From: Octopus vulgaris
Lineage: Eukaryota
Reading direction: 5' to 3'
Length of the DNA: 64,000 nt
NCBI GenBank assembly: GCA_951406725.2
Contig: OX597817.1
Coordinates: forward strand, 68,882,001-68,946,000
Below, piece after piece: positions 40,131 through 54,127 of this stretch. The position numbers and the translations under genes are program-made. The notes beneath the pieces are model-generated. The model had not been told where the DNA came from, searched no databases, and saw nothing but the letters and a program-made list of their open reading frames with translations. Every line of letters starts with the position of its first letter. The stretch's first letter is position 1.

Positions 40131-40478
40131 GTGTATGATGATGTACATGGCTGTTGGTTGAGTTGATTGAGTAGATAAGGTAGAAGAAAAACTACTTGAA
40201 CTGACACTATGGTTATAATATAACCACAACAAACTCATACATGTCGCAATGGCTCAATCGACTTCGTTATCAACAGATAAAATAGAGTGGTGTAGTTTAG
40301 TAAAAGAGGACACAGTAGTACTGCAAAACTCATGGCAATTGCCAAGTGTTCGACTAATGAGTATGACCAAAAGAGATGCTTGATCCTGATGGATATTGAT
40401 TCATATCAAGAGACGGAAATAAACTGTAGCAGAAACCATGTTCTCTGACATTCTGACACAAGATTTCAAGTGATTTTA

Positions 40479-40526
<48 letters not shown>

Positions 40527-40573
40527 ATGTATGTATGTATGTATGTATGTATGTATGTATGTATGTATGTATG

Positions 40574-40653
<80 letters not shown>

Positions 40654-40747
40654 TGAATATGTACATCCTGAATATATAGGCAGGTGTCAGCTAAGATTAC
40701 TTCCAGTCTCCTTGAAATATATATGAGTGAATATATCTGTGTATGTA

Positions 40748-40782
<35 letters not shown>

Positions 40783-41067
40783 GTACATGAGTATCATCAT
40801 CATCACCCTCATAATCTTTTAATGTTCATCTTCCATGCTTGTGTGAGTTGGACTATATATGTATTTGTGTGTGTGTGTGTGTGTGTGTGTATGCATGTGT
40901 ACATGTTTGTGGGTATGCATATAGGCACACACGTGTACATACACAGTAATTGGAATAGAATAATCTGTACTCAGATTAGGGCTCTGTACCTAAAGATATG
41001 GGGCAGTACTCATCCATCATACTCCTCATCAATATTTCTCATCTGTTAATAATGAAATGATGATCTA

Positions 41068-41280
41068 AAGCAGTGGGCTAGCAGAACCGTTAGCATACCA
41101 GGCAAAATGCTTAGCGGCATTTCTGTTGTCTCTATGTTCTGAGTTCAAATTCTGCCAAGATTGACTTTGTCTTTCATACATTTGGGGTTGATAAAATAAG
41201 TACCAGACAAGCACTGGGTCAATAGAATAACTTACTCCTCCCCAGAAATTACTGGTCTTGTGCCAAAATGTGGAACCAAT
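41068..41280 (+). mobile_element. SINE family B
   Basis: AAGCAGTGGGCTAGCAGAACCGTTAGC..GTTCTGAGTTCAAATTCTGCC homology. Confidence 0.85.
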
Positions 41281-41335
41281 GGTAAATTGGTGAGAAATGC
41301 CAAGAAGAAATCACTGTGTATGTTACTCTCTTTCT

Positions 41336-41538
41336 ACTCTTTTACTTGTTTCAGTCATTTGACTGTGGCCAAGCTGGTGCACCACCTTTAGTCGAGCAAA
41401 TCAACCCCAGGACTTATTCTTTATAAGCCTAGTACTTATTCTATCAGTCTCTTTTTGCCAAACCGCTAAGTTACGGGGACATAAACACACCAGCATCGGT
41501 TGTGAAGCGATGTTGGGGGTACAAACATATACACACAC

Positions 41539-41587
<49 letters not shown>

Positions 41588-41759
41588 CATATATACAACG
41601 GGCTTCTTTCAGTTTCCATTTACCAAATCCACTCACAAGGCTTTGGTTGGCCCGAGGCTATAGTAGAAGACACTTGCCCAAGGTGCCACACAGTGAGACT
41701 GAACCCAGAACCATGTGGTTCGTAAGTAAGCTACTTACCACACAGCCACTCCTACGTCT
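41336..41759 (-). mobile_element. SINE family A, full length
   Basis: Reverse complement of the 32237/47362 copies with an expanded internal (TA)n. Confidence 0.92.
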
Positions 41760-42954
41760 ATGTTGCTAACATTTCTTCAAAAACACTTCAATTAACTACA
41801 CAAAATTCACTAAGAACTAATTCAAAGATTGCTGGCACTCAGTGTTGGATTAACCATTAAGTAAAATAAGCACATATTTAGGGCATCGACAGAAGTGACG
41901 GGAGCCCACCACAGAAATAGTAAATGGCTTACGGCACAAAAGAAATCACTTTAAACTTGCTACAATAATATTCAGGTTACCTTACCTCAACTAAGTATAG
42001 AAGATGTGTTATGTAAGATTAATTTTGAGGATCTGATCAAATACTTTGCAATTAAAAAAAGTAGGAGAAAACTTTTCAAATATAAATAAAATAGAAATAT
42101 ACCAAAATAAACACTATTTTCCATCTTACTGTTAGTATTGTTTCGTTATGAAAGATGAAAATTTATTTCATGTTTCATTATTGTTTATATTTTGAATTAC
42201 ATATATATATAGGGGCACCAAAACCATTTAAGTTCTTAGTGTGTAATGGGTCTCAATCTCACCCTGCTGGCACTAGCATAGACCAGTTCATGTTATCACT
42301 GGCACTTGTGTAATCTTTGCTCAGAGGCAGTTAAGAAGAAATGACAAGTGATATCTGAACAGTTTAAATGACACCTGTTTCTTTTATATGGCAATATTAA
42401 CTCAGGCAGTTAGTGCCATCACTGTTTCAAAATGGTCATTCTTCGGATAGATTTCAGCATGTAATTGAAGGTTATCTTTAATTCTTTCATTTTGTATAGC
42501 ATTGGTTTCAGGTAGCAGGATGTGGTAGTAAATGATTTATAGATTCTCTCAAAGAGAAATCTGTTCTTTGATCCATTCTTATATGTTGATCTTTTGTACT
42601 AGATTCCCCTTGGAATGCTTTTGAATGTTCTTGCTGTCCAAATATAACAAGCAAGCTCACTTACTACGCTGTGCTAGGGGAAACATTTATAGAAGTGATT
42701 TGCTTCTGGTTGATTTGAAAATGACAAATGAAGAGATACTCAGAAAATAAACTACACAGAGATCTATGCACGTGGTTTGTCAAATGTGACTCTTCGAGTA
42801 TCAACAAGAGATATGTCACCTTCCAGTAAGTGCTGCAGCATGTATTGTGTAGTTACTATATTTTGTAAATTTGACATTGTCCAATGTGTTGAAATAAATA
42901 AATATAGAGGCAATTATGCAGATCAACAAATTAAACATAATAGCTTGGGTTTGG

Positions 42955-45748
42955 AATGCAAAATTAATGATCTGTAATACTAATTTCAGGAAACCTGTCA
43001 GTCACCAGTTCACCTACCAGTCTGGTGGGCACACAAGTCAGATTGACTACATTCTCGCCAGGAAATGGGTAAGATGGCTACTTATAAATGCCGAAACTTC
43101 CTCAGGTGAAGAATGCACCCTACAACATAGGTTAGTAGTTAATGACTTCAGGATCAGGGCTAAATAGCTTCCCAGAAGATGACCAGCATGGAAAAGAAGG
43201 GTCTGGAAGCTTAAGGATCCTCTGAATGGACAGAGATTTAGAGATGTATTACATGAAGTTTTTGACGCAATAGAGGAGGATATAGCATCACATAATGTGG
43301 AGAACAACTGGAGACATGTGGCTGGTGCAAAGTTGCCTCTTGACCTAAAGTAACATGATGGGGGAACAGCATAGTTGACAGGGCTATTAGGATAAAGAAA
43401 TAGGACTGGAAGTGTGGTGGTAGCAGGGAACTGTATTAGATCATCAGAAGGAAAGCTAGGAGACAGGTTTACTTAGCCAGAAGGGAAGCAGATAAGAAAA
43501 AATTTGCCAATGTTCTGCATTGTGAGGACCAAAGACTTGAAGTGTTTCATGTTGCAAGACAGTGTGTGAGAGAGAATCGTGATGTTATAGGAGAGAAATG
43601 TGTCTGCATGGATAATGGCTCACTTGCATTTAATGAGGCTGAAAGGAGAGAGACTTGGAGACGTCATTATGAAAGGTTGCTAAATGAAAAGAATGACTGG
43701 GAGAGTCTGTTAAATGTTGACCCAACAGCTATTCAAATTGACAGTGCCTAGCAATTAAGGGTATGAAAACAGGGAAAGCCCCTGGCCCATCAGGAATCAG
43801 TGTTGAGATGCTTAAAATACCTGGCGGTGTAGGCTATAGTCTAGTCTAGTCACCTGTAGAGTCAACCAGGTGATACATGAAGGAGTCATACTTAATAGCT
43901 GGTGAAGCAGCACCATAGTCAACTGCTACAAAGGTAAAGGTGATACATTAGATAGGAATAATTACAGAAGTATCAAATTGTTGGATTAGGTGATGAAAGT
44001 CAAGGAGAGACTCATAACTCAAGAATTAGGGAGGGAGTTAGTTTAGACGAGATGCAGTTTTGGTTTGTGCCAGGGAGGAGCACCACTGATGCTATATTTC
44101 TAGTAAGACAGCTGCAGGAGAAATTCATAGCCAAAGATAAACCTCTGTACCTGGCTTTCATTGACATGGAGAAAGCCTTTGACAAGGTTCCCCGATCCCT
44201 TATCTGGCAGTCAATGCAGAAACTAGTGATAGATGAGTGGTTGGTGAGAGCTGCACAAGCCATGTACAGGGATGCTGTCAGTAAGGTGAGGGTTGGCAAT
44301 GAGTACAATGAAGAATTCCATGTAGGAGTAGGGGTTCACCAAGGATCAGTCCTCAGCCCCCTCTTACTCGTCATAGTCCTCCAAGCAATAACAGTGGAAT
44401 TTAAGAAAGGTTGCCTCTGGGATCTCCCTTATGCTGATGACTTTGTTCTATTAGCTGAGTAACTACCAGAACTAGAGAAGTTTCAGGTGTGGAAGCAAGG
44501 TCTACAATTGATGGGCCTTAGAGTCAATCTAGCAAAAACCAAAGTCTTAGTAAGTAGGAAGGCAGACAAATCACACAGCCCTCCAGGTAGATGGCTCTGC
44601 TTGATCTGTAGAAAAGACATAGGAAGAAACTGGGAAGATAGTTTTTATGTGTGGCAAATGCACAGGGACAATAAACATTGAAGATGTACAAAAAACAGAC
44701 TCCATCCCATGCCAGGGGGAAAAACTAGAAGTAGTTGATAGCTTTCATTACCTAGGTGACCAAGTCAGTAAGTGGGGTGGACGCTCTGAGAGCGTAGCTG
44801 CTAGAATAGGAATAGCTTGAGCAAAGTTCAGAGAGCTCCTACCTTTCCTGGTAACAAAGGGCCTCTCACTCAGGGTGAAAGGTATATTGTATGATGCATG
44901 TGTGCAAACAGCCATGCTAGACAGCAGCGAAACACAGGCTGTGACTGCTGAGGAGATGCATAAGCTTGCAAGAAATGAAGCTAATATGCTCCACTGGATG
45001 TGTAATGTCAGTGTGCATACAGAACAGAGTTTAAGTGCCCTGAGAAGCATCAGATGTGGTGTGCAAGAGAGACGACTGTGTTGGTATGGACATGTGTTGC
45101 ATATGGACGAGGACAGCTGTATGAGGAAGTATCACACTCTAACAGTGGAAGGAACCTGTGAAGAAGTAGACCTAGGAAGATATGGGATAAGGTGGTGAAG
45201 CATGACCTTTGAACATTTGGGTCTCACAGAGACAATGACAAGCAAATGTGACCTTTGGAGATATACTGTGATTAAGAAGACTTGGCAATCAAGTGAGATC
45301 ATAGCCATGGCCAATACCAGTGTTGCATAACCAGCCCATTTAAAAGTACTCTTCAATCATTGGGCAATATGCAGTGCTTGAGAAAGTTTTGTTGAATCAA
45401 ATGAAATCATAGTCGTAGCTGATGCCAGTGCCACCTGACTGGCACCTGCGCCGGTAGCATGTAAAAAGCACCATTTGAGCATGGTTGATGCCAGTGCTGC
45501 CTGACTGGTTTCTGTACTGGTGGCACATTCGAGTGTGGTCAATGCCAGTGCTGCCTAACTTGATCCCATACTGGTGGCACACAAAAAGCACCCACTACAC
45601 TCTCGGAGCAGTTGGCATTAGGAAAGCATTCAGCTGTAGAAATGTTGTCAGATCAGATTGGAGCCTGGTACAGCCTCCTGGCTTGCCAGTCCTCAGTCAA
45701 ACCATTTAACCCATGCCAGCATGGAAAGCAGATAATGATGATGATGAT
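42955..45748 (+). mobile_element. RTE LINE, decayed copy of the PHD-bearing family, including the end of the APE endonuclease
   Basis: ICNTNFRKP..TYQSGGHTSQIDYIL..QHRLVV (APE C-terminus), [30 protein letters not shown]. Many stops and frameshifts; (GAT)n tail. Confidence 0.96.
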
Positions 45749-46036
45749 AGTATGTATACATGTAAATAGGAAAAAAGCTAAGACTGAAGATTTTCAGATG
45801 ATGAATATTTAAGTTATAATATATAGATATTTATATATTAATAGATCAAACTTACACAGAGTGCAAACGACAGTGAAAATTAAAGGGGAAGAAGGTGTTA
45901 TGATTCCAACAACTTCTGGCTGATTTTAAATAAATAAATAAATAATAACAATGATGGGTGATGCAATAGACATAATGTAACCAAGAACAGATAATAAAAG
46001 AAATAATACATTATATATTTGTTTAATCACTCATCG

Positions 46037-46107
46037 AGTAGAGTGGCACAGTGGAGGCATACTAGGATCATAGCCCAGAAGTAGTAGATCAAAATTATGC
46101 TCTGCAA
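46037..46107 (+). pseudogene. Initiator tRNA-Met pseudogene
   Basis: AGTAGAGTGGCACAGTGGAGGCATACTAGGATCATAGCCCAGAAGTAGTAGATCAAAATTATGCTCTGCAA aligns by eye to eukaryotic tRNA-iMet (AGCAGAGTGGCGCAGCGGAAGCGTGCTGGGCCCATAACCCAGAGGTCGATGGATCGAAACCATCCTCTGCTA). CAT anticodon and iMet-type GATC T-loop are retained; T5 run ~15 nt downstream. Confidence 0.85.
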
Positions 46108-47361
46108 AGAAATGGTAACTATTTTTGAAATTTATATATCACAACTGGGTTATGTACAAATATATCTTCCATGTACAGGTATATATACATATGGGAGCAG
46201 ATAAAAATTATGTTATGCAACAGAAATTTATGCAGGCTCAAGAGATCATCAACTAATGGGTATGCCAAAACTTAAGTAGTAGTATATTGAGCAGAGAGAT
46301 AAAACCAACAACAATGGCACTTTTTGATTAGTTTATATGATTGGAGAGTGCTATTTTGCTCTTGTTTAGCCTGATCCAGTATACATATGGTTAGAGGAAT
46401 CCCAACTATAAACAAGTGGTTTTTGTTTCTTTTTGAGACAACGCTATATAGGACTACTTTATTGAGAATGTCTTCAATTTTTCAGATAGTAAAATATGAT
46501 TTGTAAGTGACATAGCTGTGATTTATAGCAGGTCAAGAGACTATGGCAAAGTCCCTTCAAATGTCAGTGACAAAATAAATTGCTGTGTTGTTGTGGGCAA
46601 CATTTCAACAGGTCCTTTGTTGAATTTTATGTAACTGGTTGAGGTGTTATTAGAGTTATCAGTATGATATGCAATGATTTCTGGGTATCTACCATTATTT
46701 CAGTATGAAAGAATAGGAATATTTGACATTTCAACTGGGATTTCAATAATGCTTACATCTCGAACACTTTTGTAAAAATCAATAACTACAAATGTCAATG
46801 ACTTATATCTGTGTAATATTGTTGTGTTACGTCTCTTGAAAAGATAATTTACCTCTAAAGGGACTGGTTCACCTTATTACGAATAAATATTATTATGTTA
46901 TGGTAGAGTTCACCAACATAAACTGCAGGGATGCTGTATATTCATGATCTGAAAGTCTTAAAGCTCAAACAAAATATTGACAAATAAACACAATTTACAT
47001 CATACCATATTAAAATGAAGGAAGAATACATTGGATATTGCTTTCCTAGATAGGTGCAAGCATGGCAGTGTAGTTAAAAAAACTTGTTGCCCAACCACAT
47101 AGTTTCAGGTTCAGTACCACTGAACCTGTACCTGAGGGAAGTGTCTTCTATTATAGCCCTTAACCTAATCAGAGTGTTGTGAGTCAATTTGGTAGATGGA
47201 AGTTACAGAAAGCTGTCATGCAAATATTAATATTTATTATATAAGTGTGTGTGTGTGCGTGCATATGTATAAATGTGTGTCTGAGCAATTTTTATATTTG
47301 CACTCTAAGAAAGTTGTTTGTTATGAATGGTATTGTGGTATTGTCACTTCTATCAACAACA

Positions 47362-47775
47362 GTAGGAGTGGCTGTGTGGTAAGTAGCTTGCTTACCAACC
47401 ACATGGTTCCAGGTTCAGTCCCACTGCATGGCACCTTGGGCAAGTTTCTTCTACTATAGCCTCCGGCCAACCAAAGCCTTGTGAGTGGATTTGGTAGATG
47501 GAAACTGAAAGAAGCCCATCGTATATATGTATATATGTGTGTGTGTGTGTGTGTGCGTGTGTGTGTGTGTGTTTGTGTGTCTGTGTATGTCCCCCCAACA
47601 TCGTTTGACAACCAATGCTGGTGTGTTTACATCCCTGTAACTTTGCAGTTCAGCAGAAGAGACCGATACAATAAGTACTAGGCTTACAAAGAATAAGTCC
47701 TGGGGTCGATTTGCTTGACTAAAAGTCGTGCTCCAGCATGGCCATAGTCAAATGACTGAAACAAGTAAAAGAGTA
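47362..47775 (+). mobile_element. SINE family A, full length
   Basis: As 32237, with an internal (TG)n tract. Confidence 0.92.
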
Positions 47776-47999
47776 ACTTATTTGCTCGCTTTACACCTTT
47801 AAAGATGTGCAAAATAAGAAATTCCTTCCTTACTTGTAAAACAATTAAGGGTTAGCAACCGGAAGTGCATCCAGCTTAAAATGTCTCCATCTGTAAGACT
47901 AATGATCAGGCTGGACCTAGGTGGGTCTAAACAATCATGAAATACTGACAGTATTAGATTCTGAGACAGAAGAATATGTTTATATTTTTTATATTGAGC

Positions 48000-48390
48000 T
48001 TTAAGTAGTTAAATCGGCCATATTTGGTCCAAATATTCTATCTGTTTTATGTTAAAACTGGTCAGATCTAGTCTCATACATCTATCCTACAATGTCATCC
48101 TAAAAATACACAGTCACATCATCAAAATCACAAAGCTACAAGATATTGTATGATGATGATGATCATGATGATAATGATCATCATCGTTTAACGTCCGCTT
48201 TCCATGCTAGCATGGGTTGGATAATTTGACTGAGGTCTGACGAACCAGATGGCTGCACCAGACTCCAATCTGATCTGGCAGAGTTTCTACAGCTGGATGC
48301 CCTTCCTAATGCCCTTCCTAACATCAATTTTAAAAATGTGAATAAACAAACATTACATTTAACAGAATAATCTGAATGATAAAGGGTTAA
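48000..48390. mobile_element. piggyBac-type MITE copy interrupted by an RTE tail (48178-48322, minus)
   Basis: Internal homology to the 8916 element; ends AAAGGGTTAA. The insert begins CATCATCGTTTAACGTCCGCTTTCC. Left end is approximate. Confidence 0.7.
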
Positions 48391-48974
48391 ATAATAATAC
48401 CAGGCAATCTAAACCTTTCTTTCTCAACCATTTTTTTCGTCTGTTTGACATCAGTCTACCAAACATCAAGTGTCTTTGAAAATTTGTATGTGAATTGCTA
48501 GAAATAAGATTTTACAACACTCAGCCAAAGAAGGAACTTTCACATGTTATCATTCATTATGCTAGAAACAGCAGTGAAATCTGTACAAGATTATATTGTA
48601 CCATCTTAAAAAAAGAAGGATGTACTGGATAATGAAATTGTAAGTCTGTAGATATTAAATGGTAGGATGACTGCTGGAACTTCTTTGATTATTGGTTTAC
48701 TTGATTAGCACCAACAATGAGAATTATAATATTTACTGCATTCAACACAATCCCCGTCTCTAATCATCTGTCGCATGATTTTTCATAATAATTCACTCAG
48801 CTACCAACCCTTGTTATGTTTCTCTATCCTGGTTCACTCTCTCAGACTCACCTTGCATTTTAACCTCACACATCTCTCTCTCTCTCTTCAGATGGAGAAA
48901 GCATATATTCACCTCTTCAGCAATTTCTTGCTCATGTCCCTCAATCATACTTTCATATCTCTTAATATTATATG

Positions 48975-49312
48975 CAGGTGCACAGCTCAGTGGTTAAAGC
49001 ACCAGGCTCACAATCATGAGGTAGTGAGTTTAATTCTTGGATTGGGTTGTGTGCTGTGTTCTTGAGCAAGACATTTTATTTTACATTACTCCAGTTCACT
49101 CAGCTGTAAAAATGAGTTGCAACATCACTGGTGCCAAGTTGTATTGGCTTTTGCTTTTCCCTTGAACAACATTGGTGGAACAGAGAGACTGGTATACATG
49201 GGTGATGGCTGGTCTTCTATAAAACAATCTTACCCAGACGTGTGCCTTGAAGGAGAAATTTCTAGGAGCAATTCCATGGTCATTCATGACCAAAGGGGAT
49301 CTTTACCCTTTT
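48975..49312 (+). mobile_element. SINE family C (body alpha + tail W)
   Basis: tRNA head and body TGTGTTCTTGAGCAAGAC..CAGTTCACTCAGCTG. Tail start ATGAGTTG...TCACTGGTGCCAAG is shared with 58008-58166. Confidence 0.8.
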
Positions 49313-50983
49313 ATCTAATACTATACCCCATTTAGTTAAAAGGGTCCAATCTTGTGGGTACTTGGTGATCTCACCAGTGTTGGTACCATGATAAAAGCAC
49401 CCAGTACACTCTGTGAGGTGGCCAGCAGTAGGAAAGGCATGTAGAAACCATGCCAAAGCAGACACTGGAGCTTGGCATGCTCTCTGACACATTTGTCCAT
49501 GTCAAACCATTCATGCAAGACAGCATGGAAAAGAGGATATGTGATGATTGTGCCAGAATTTCAAACCAAAATGGAACAAATTTTAATTATTTCCGTCATT
49601 GCTCTGTTCTTTTTTTAATCTAGGATAATTGCAGCCAATGAATAATGAATTAACCCTTCCAATATAAGCTCCCAACTTTTGATTCCAACAGAAAACCCTT
49701 TTATTTTAAAGCATTCACATTCATGTCATGAACCTCCTCTATCATAATTTCATACAAGCCACTTTATGTTGAGTTCATGTTCCAGACACCAACTTAATTC
49801 TTCCATAAAATCTTTCCTAATTCTTGATTATTTCTCAGAATTAATTCAAACACTTAAGCAGTATGTTTTACAAAAATATAGTCACAAAGAGGTTAATGGT
49901 TTGTTAAAATTGCATCATAATTTACTCTGACATAAGTATAATCATAGTCACTTGAGGCTATTTCTATACATAATATTACTTCAACCTGACTTAATCTTTG
50001 TTTCTGAGTGTGTATTATTAGATTTGGAAACAAATTACAGACAGATTATGACATGATATGGCGAGAACAGAATTATTATAAAGAAAATTTACCACTTTCC
50101 GTAGGTGTGAAGTGTTCACCAATGCACGCACATTATGTATGTATATACATGCCAGTATGGAAGGTGGACATTAAACGATGATGATGATGATGATTATATA
50201 TATGTGTGTGTGTGTTTGTGTGTATTATGCACACCCACATATAGACATGAAAATGATGGTTATAAATTGTTGGCAGAATATATACATATATACATCTGTG
50301 AAAGCATGTGTTCTAGTATTTAGGAAGTTTGGCTAACAATCTCAGTTCTGAGATTGATGTTATGGTGTCCCATTAAGCAAAGCAATTTAATTGACATTGA
50401 TCCAGTCAATTCAACTAAAGAGGAATAACAGCCCCATACTGATACAGCTCTCTCTCTCTTTCTCTCTCTCTCTCTTTTTGTCTCTCTGTGTCTCTCTCAC
50501 TCCCACTGTTGGTCACATCCTGGGTGCTTCCCCAAGTTGAGAGTGCAAGGGATGTCCAAGTACTACCGTCCCTAAATGTCCAGCTTTTAAAATCCCTTCT
50601 CTGTCTATATCTTTCTCACGTGTATTGACTTACAAAGATTCACGAGGAACATTAGTGGCATCAATCTTATGTAGGAAAGCCTTCAATGCTGTTTGTACTG
50701 CTTTTTCTTCAAGATACAGCAAATAAACAAGAAAAATAAAAGTGACAGGAGAATGGGAGAAACCCAGTTCTCAAGCCATGAATGATAAATATAATAATTT
50801 TATTTATAAACTCTCATTTTTTATCATCGTTTCCTGTCTAGTTATATTACAAGGCAAAGAAGGAAGCAAAAGAAAAAAGATATTATTGTAATGTAATATA
50901 TTGAAGAATGTTTCATGGAGAATGCAAGAAGTCCTGCAAAGAACTATTTTCATTTATTTCATGAAGCTTCAGGTTGTCATAAT

Positions 50984-51027
<44 letters not shown>

Positions 51028-51341
51028 TCATCCTCCCCAGCACCACAACCACCAGCACACCACCATCATCATCACCACCACCACCACCACCATCATCATC
51101 ATCAACATCATCATCATCGCTGCCAATAGTACTGCCAAAGAAGGTATAGAGTTTCTACAGAGATTTATTGCCAAGAAGAGTTTATCAAGAGATTACATGA
51201 AGCCTTAAACATGGCAAAGTTTAAACAGGAGGGCAAATGCACATACCAAGTGAATGACATGAATATTTATCTTGATTCAATATTTACCACAACACATGCA
51301 AAGAACTATTCATTTTTATTATCGCTTTATTATTATTATTA

Positions 51342-51388
<47 letters not shown>

Positions 51389-51591
51389 TTTTGTTTAATT
51401 TTTTTGCTGTAAAAAAGGAGTAGGGGGTGGGATTTTTCGTTCTTGTAATTGTTTTTTTTACTTCTTCATTTCACCCCAACCTAAGCTCCCTGCTAACCAC
51501 CACCACCACCACCACCCTCACACTGTCTTCCTTGTCAAGGATTAAATATTGTATATCAAAACAAGGATTAGCAACAATATTCAAAGAGAGA

Positions 51592-51658
<67 letters not shown>

Positions 51659-51949
51659 GGGAAAAGAGAAGGAACAAAGTTATAAATAAATGGTGGATAT
51701 GTTTCCACTTGACAAAAATAGAAAGACAACAGAAGAAGATTTCCCCCTTCGAAAATAGTTTTAGAAAACTAAATGGTTCTCTTATCTATCAACAACCAAT
51801 CATCCAACTGTCACAGAACCATTGCTGCTGCCATTCATGGCATAATTATGACATATAGAATATTTCTGGAAGCAAAGTTATTTTGATGCAGGATTTAAAG
51901 GTGATTATATGTGTGTGTGTACCCATATATGTATGTGCGTGTGTGTGTG

Positions 51950-52049
<100 letters not shown>

Positions 52050-52370
52050 TATATACACACACACACATTTATACATATATACATTCATAATGTATGTATA
52101 TATATGTATACATATGACTGAAATTTATAGAAAAACAAAAGACAAAGAGAGGTGTATGAAAAACAAGCAAGTGAATTAGTTTGACGCTTGGGAAAAATGA
52201 AAACTTCTTTTATGTTTCAAGCCTATGCTCTTCAACAGAAAGGAATAAGAGAAAATAAACAGAGAAGGAGTGAAAAAAACTTGTAGATGTCAATACATAT
52301 ATATATGTATATCTATACATCTATATCTATATAAACACATATATATACATGACATGTATAAAGATAGCTA

Positions 52371-52454
<84 letters not shown>

Positions 52455-52899
52455 AATTTCTCTCTCTCTCTCTATATATATATATATGCACACACGCACA
52501 CAGGTGTATATGATTGTGTATAGAAGAATATATCACTCAAAGAAATTCCAACTTTGTCCGATTTTCATGTTTTATTTACAATCTTATAATAATATAATAT
52601 AATGAAATGATAGAATATTAAATGTCCATTCTAATTGAACTACTACTGTCATGCATTAAACTATGCAGTTTTCAGTTTCATGTAGTAGTGGTGGCAGTTA
52701 TGTTTTACAGTTCACAACTCCTGCATATGTATATATGCACACCCACTCACATACACACACATAAATATATATTAATGCGTGTGTATGTGTGTGTATGCAT
52801 GCATATGTGTGTCTGTGTGTGTGTGTGTGTGTGCTCTTATGTGTCTCTGTATAAATACAGTTGGCTGTAACAGAAAAGATTTGAGTATATTTTATATTC

Positions 52900-53195
52900 T
52901 TTTACTAGCATCAGTCATTAGACTGCACCTTGAAGGGTTTTACTCAAACAAATCAATTGCAGAATTTATATGTATTTTTCAAAGCTAGGCACTTATTCTA
53001 TTGGGCTTTTTTTTTTTGCCAAACTGCTAAGTTACAAAGAAGTAAACAAACCAACACAAGTTGTCAAGTGGTGGTTAGAGACAAACACAAGGAATACACA
53101 CATATGACAGGCATCTTTCAGTTTCCATTTAATAAATCCATTCACAAGATGCCACACAGTGGGACTGAACCTTTCAACACTGCCATGCCTGCACC

Positions 53196-53196
<1 letters not shown>
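52900..53196 (-). mobile_element. SINE family A, old and internally deleted
   Basis: CTTTCAGTTTCC..AAATCCATTCACAAG and CACAGTGGGACTGAACC match the reverse complement of family A. Confidence 0.75.
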
Positions 53197-53231
<35 letters not shown>

Positions 53232-53316
53232 TGCATGCACACACACACATATTAAAAAATAAAAGAGTGTATCACTTTCCACAAAATAACGCAGAAGGGC
53301 ATAATATATTAATCAA

Positions 53317-53402
53317 ATATCAATGTTCAAGGAGGAACAGAAGATAGATTAGTTTATCATCCCCCTTGTCTGGCCAATACATATTCAAATTGGGAATACA
53401 AT

Positions 53403-53452
<50 letters not shown>

Positions 53453-54127
53453 TATACATATATATTTTTTATTATAATCCCAAGGATGGCTGCTCACAAT
53501 ATATATATACAGAAAATTACATCTGATAGAACAAATTAAATTAAAATCACATGCAGGTGAGATCTTTAAAAGATTTACAGTAGTCCTCAAATGAAATGAA
53601 ATTAAATAGAGTAAAGCGATTTAAAACTGTCAGTTTTAAATCATCTTACTCTATCTAATTTTATTTCATTCATGCACTATTGTAAATCTTTTAAACATCT
53701 CATCTGCTCATGATTTTAATTTATTTCATCTCATGTAATTTTTTGTATGTATGTTGTGATCACTCAACCTTGGGATTATAATAAGAAATATATATGTATA
53801 TATATTTCTTTACTGCCCACAAGGGGCTACACACAGAGGGTACAAATAAGGACAGACAAATGGATTACGTCGACCCCAGTGCGTAACTGGTACTTAATTT
53901 ATCGACCCCGAAAGGATGAAAGGCAAAGTCAACCTTGGCGGAATTTGAACTCAGAACGTAACGGCAGACGAAATACAGTTACACATTTCGCCCAGCGTGC
54001 TAACATTTCTGCCAGTTCGCCGCCTTAAATATATATGTATATATTTGATTGTATTCCCAATTTGAATATGTATTGGCCAGACTAAGAGGATGATAAACTA
54101 ATCTGACTTCTCTCCCTCCTTGAACAT

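Noticed and set aside
46845-46955. Possible minus-strand exon (TTTCAG acceptor ... GTAAAT donor)
   Set aside because: Stop codons in all three frames.
47106-47128. Short hairpin CAGGTTCAGT-ACC-ACTGAACCTG
   Set aside because: Local inverted duplication within a degenerate SINE head; too small to interpret.
49650-49896. Possible second copy of the 56337 piggyBac-type MITE
   Set aside because: TTAA ends and patchy similarity are present, but the TIRs are too diverged to call confidently.
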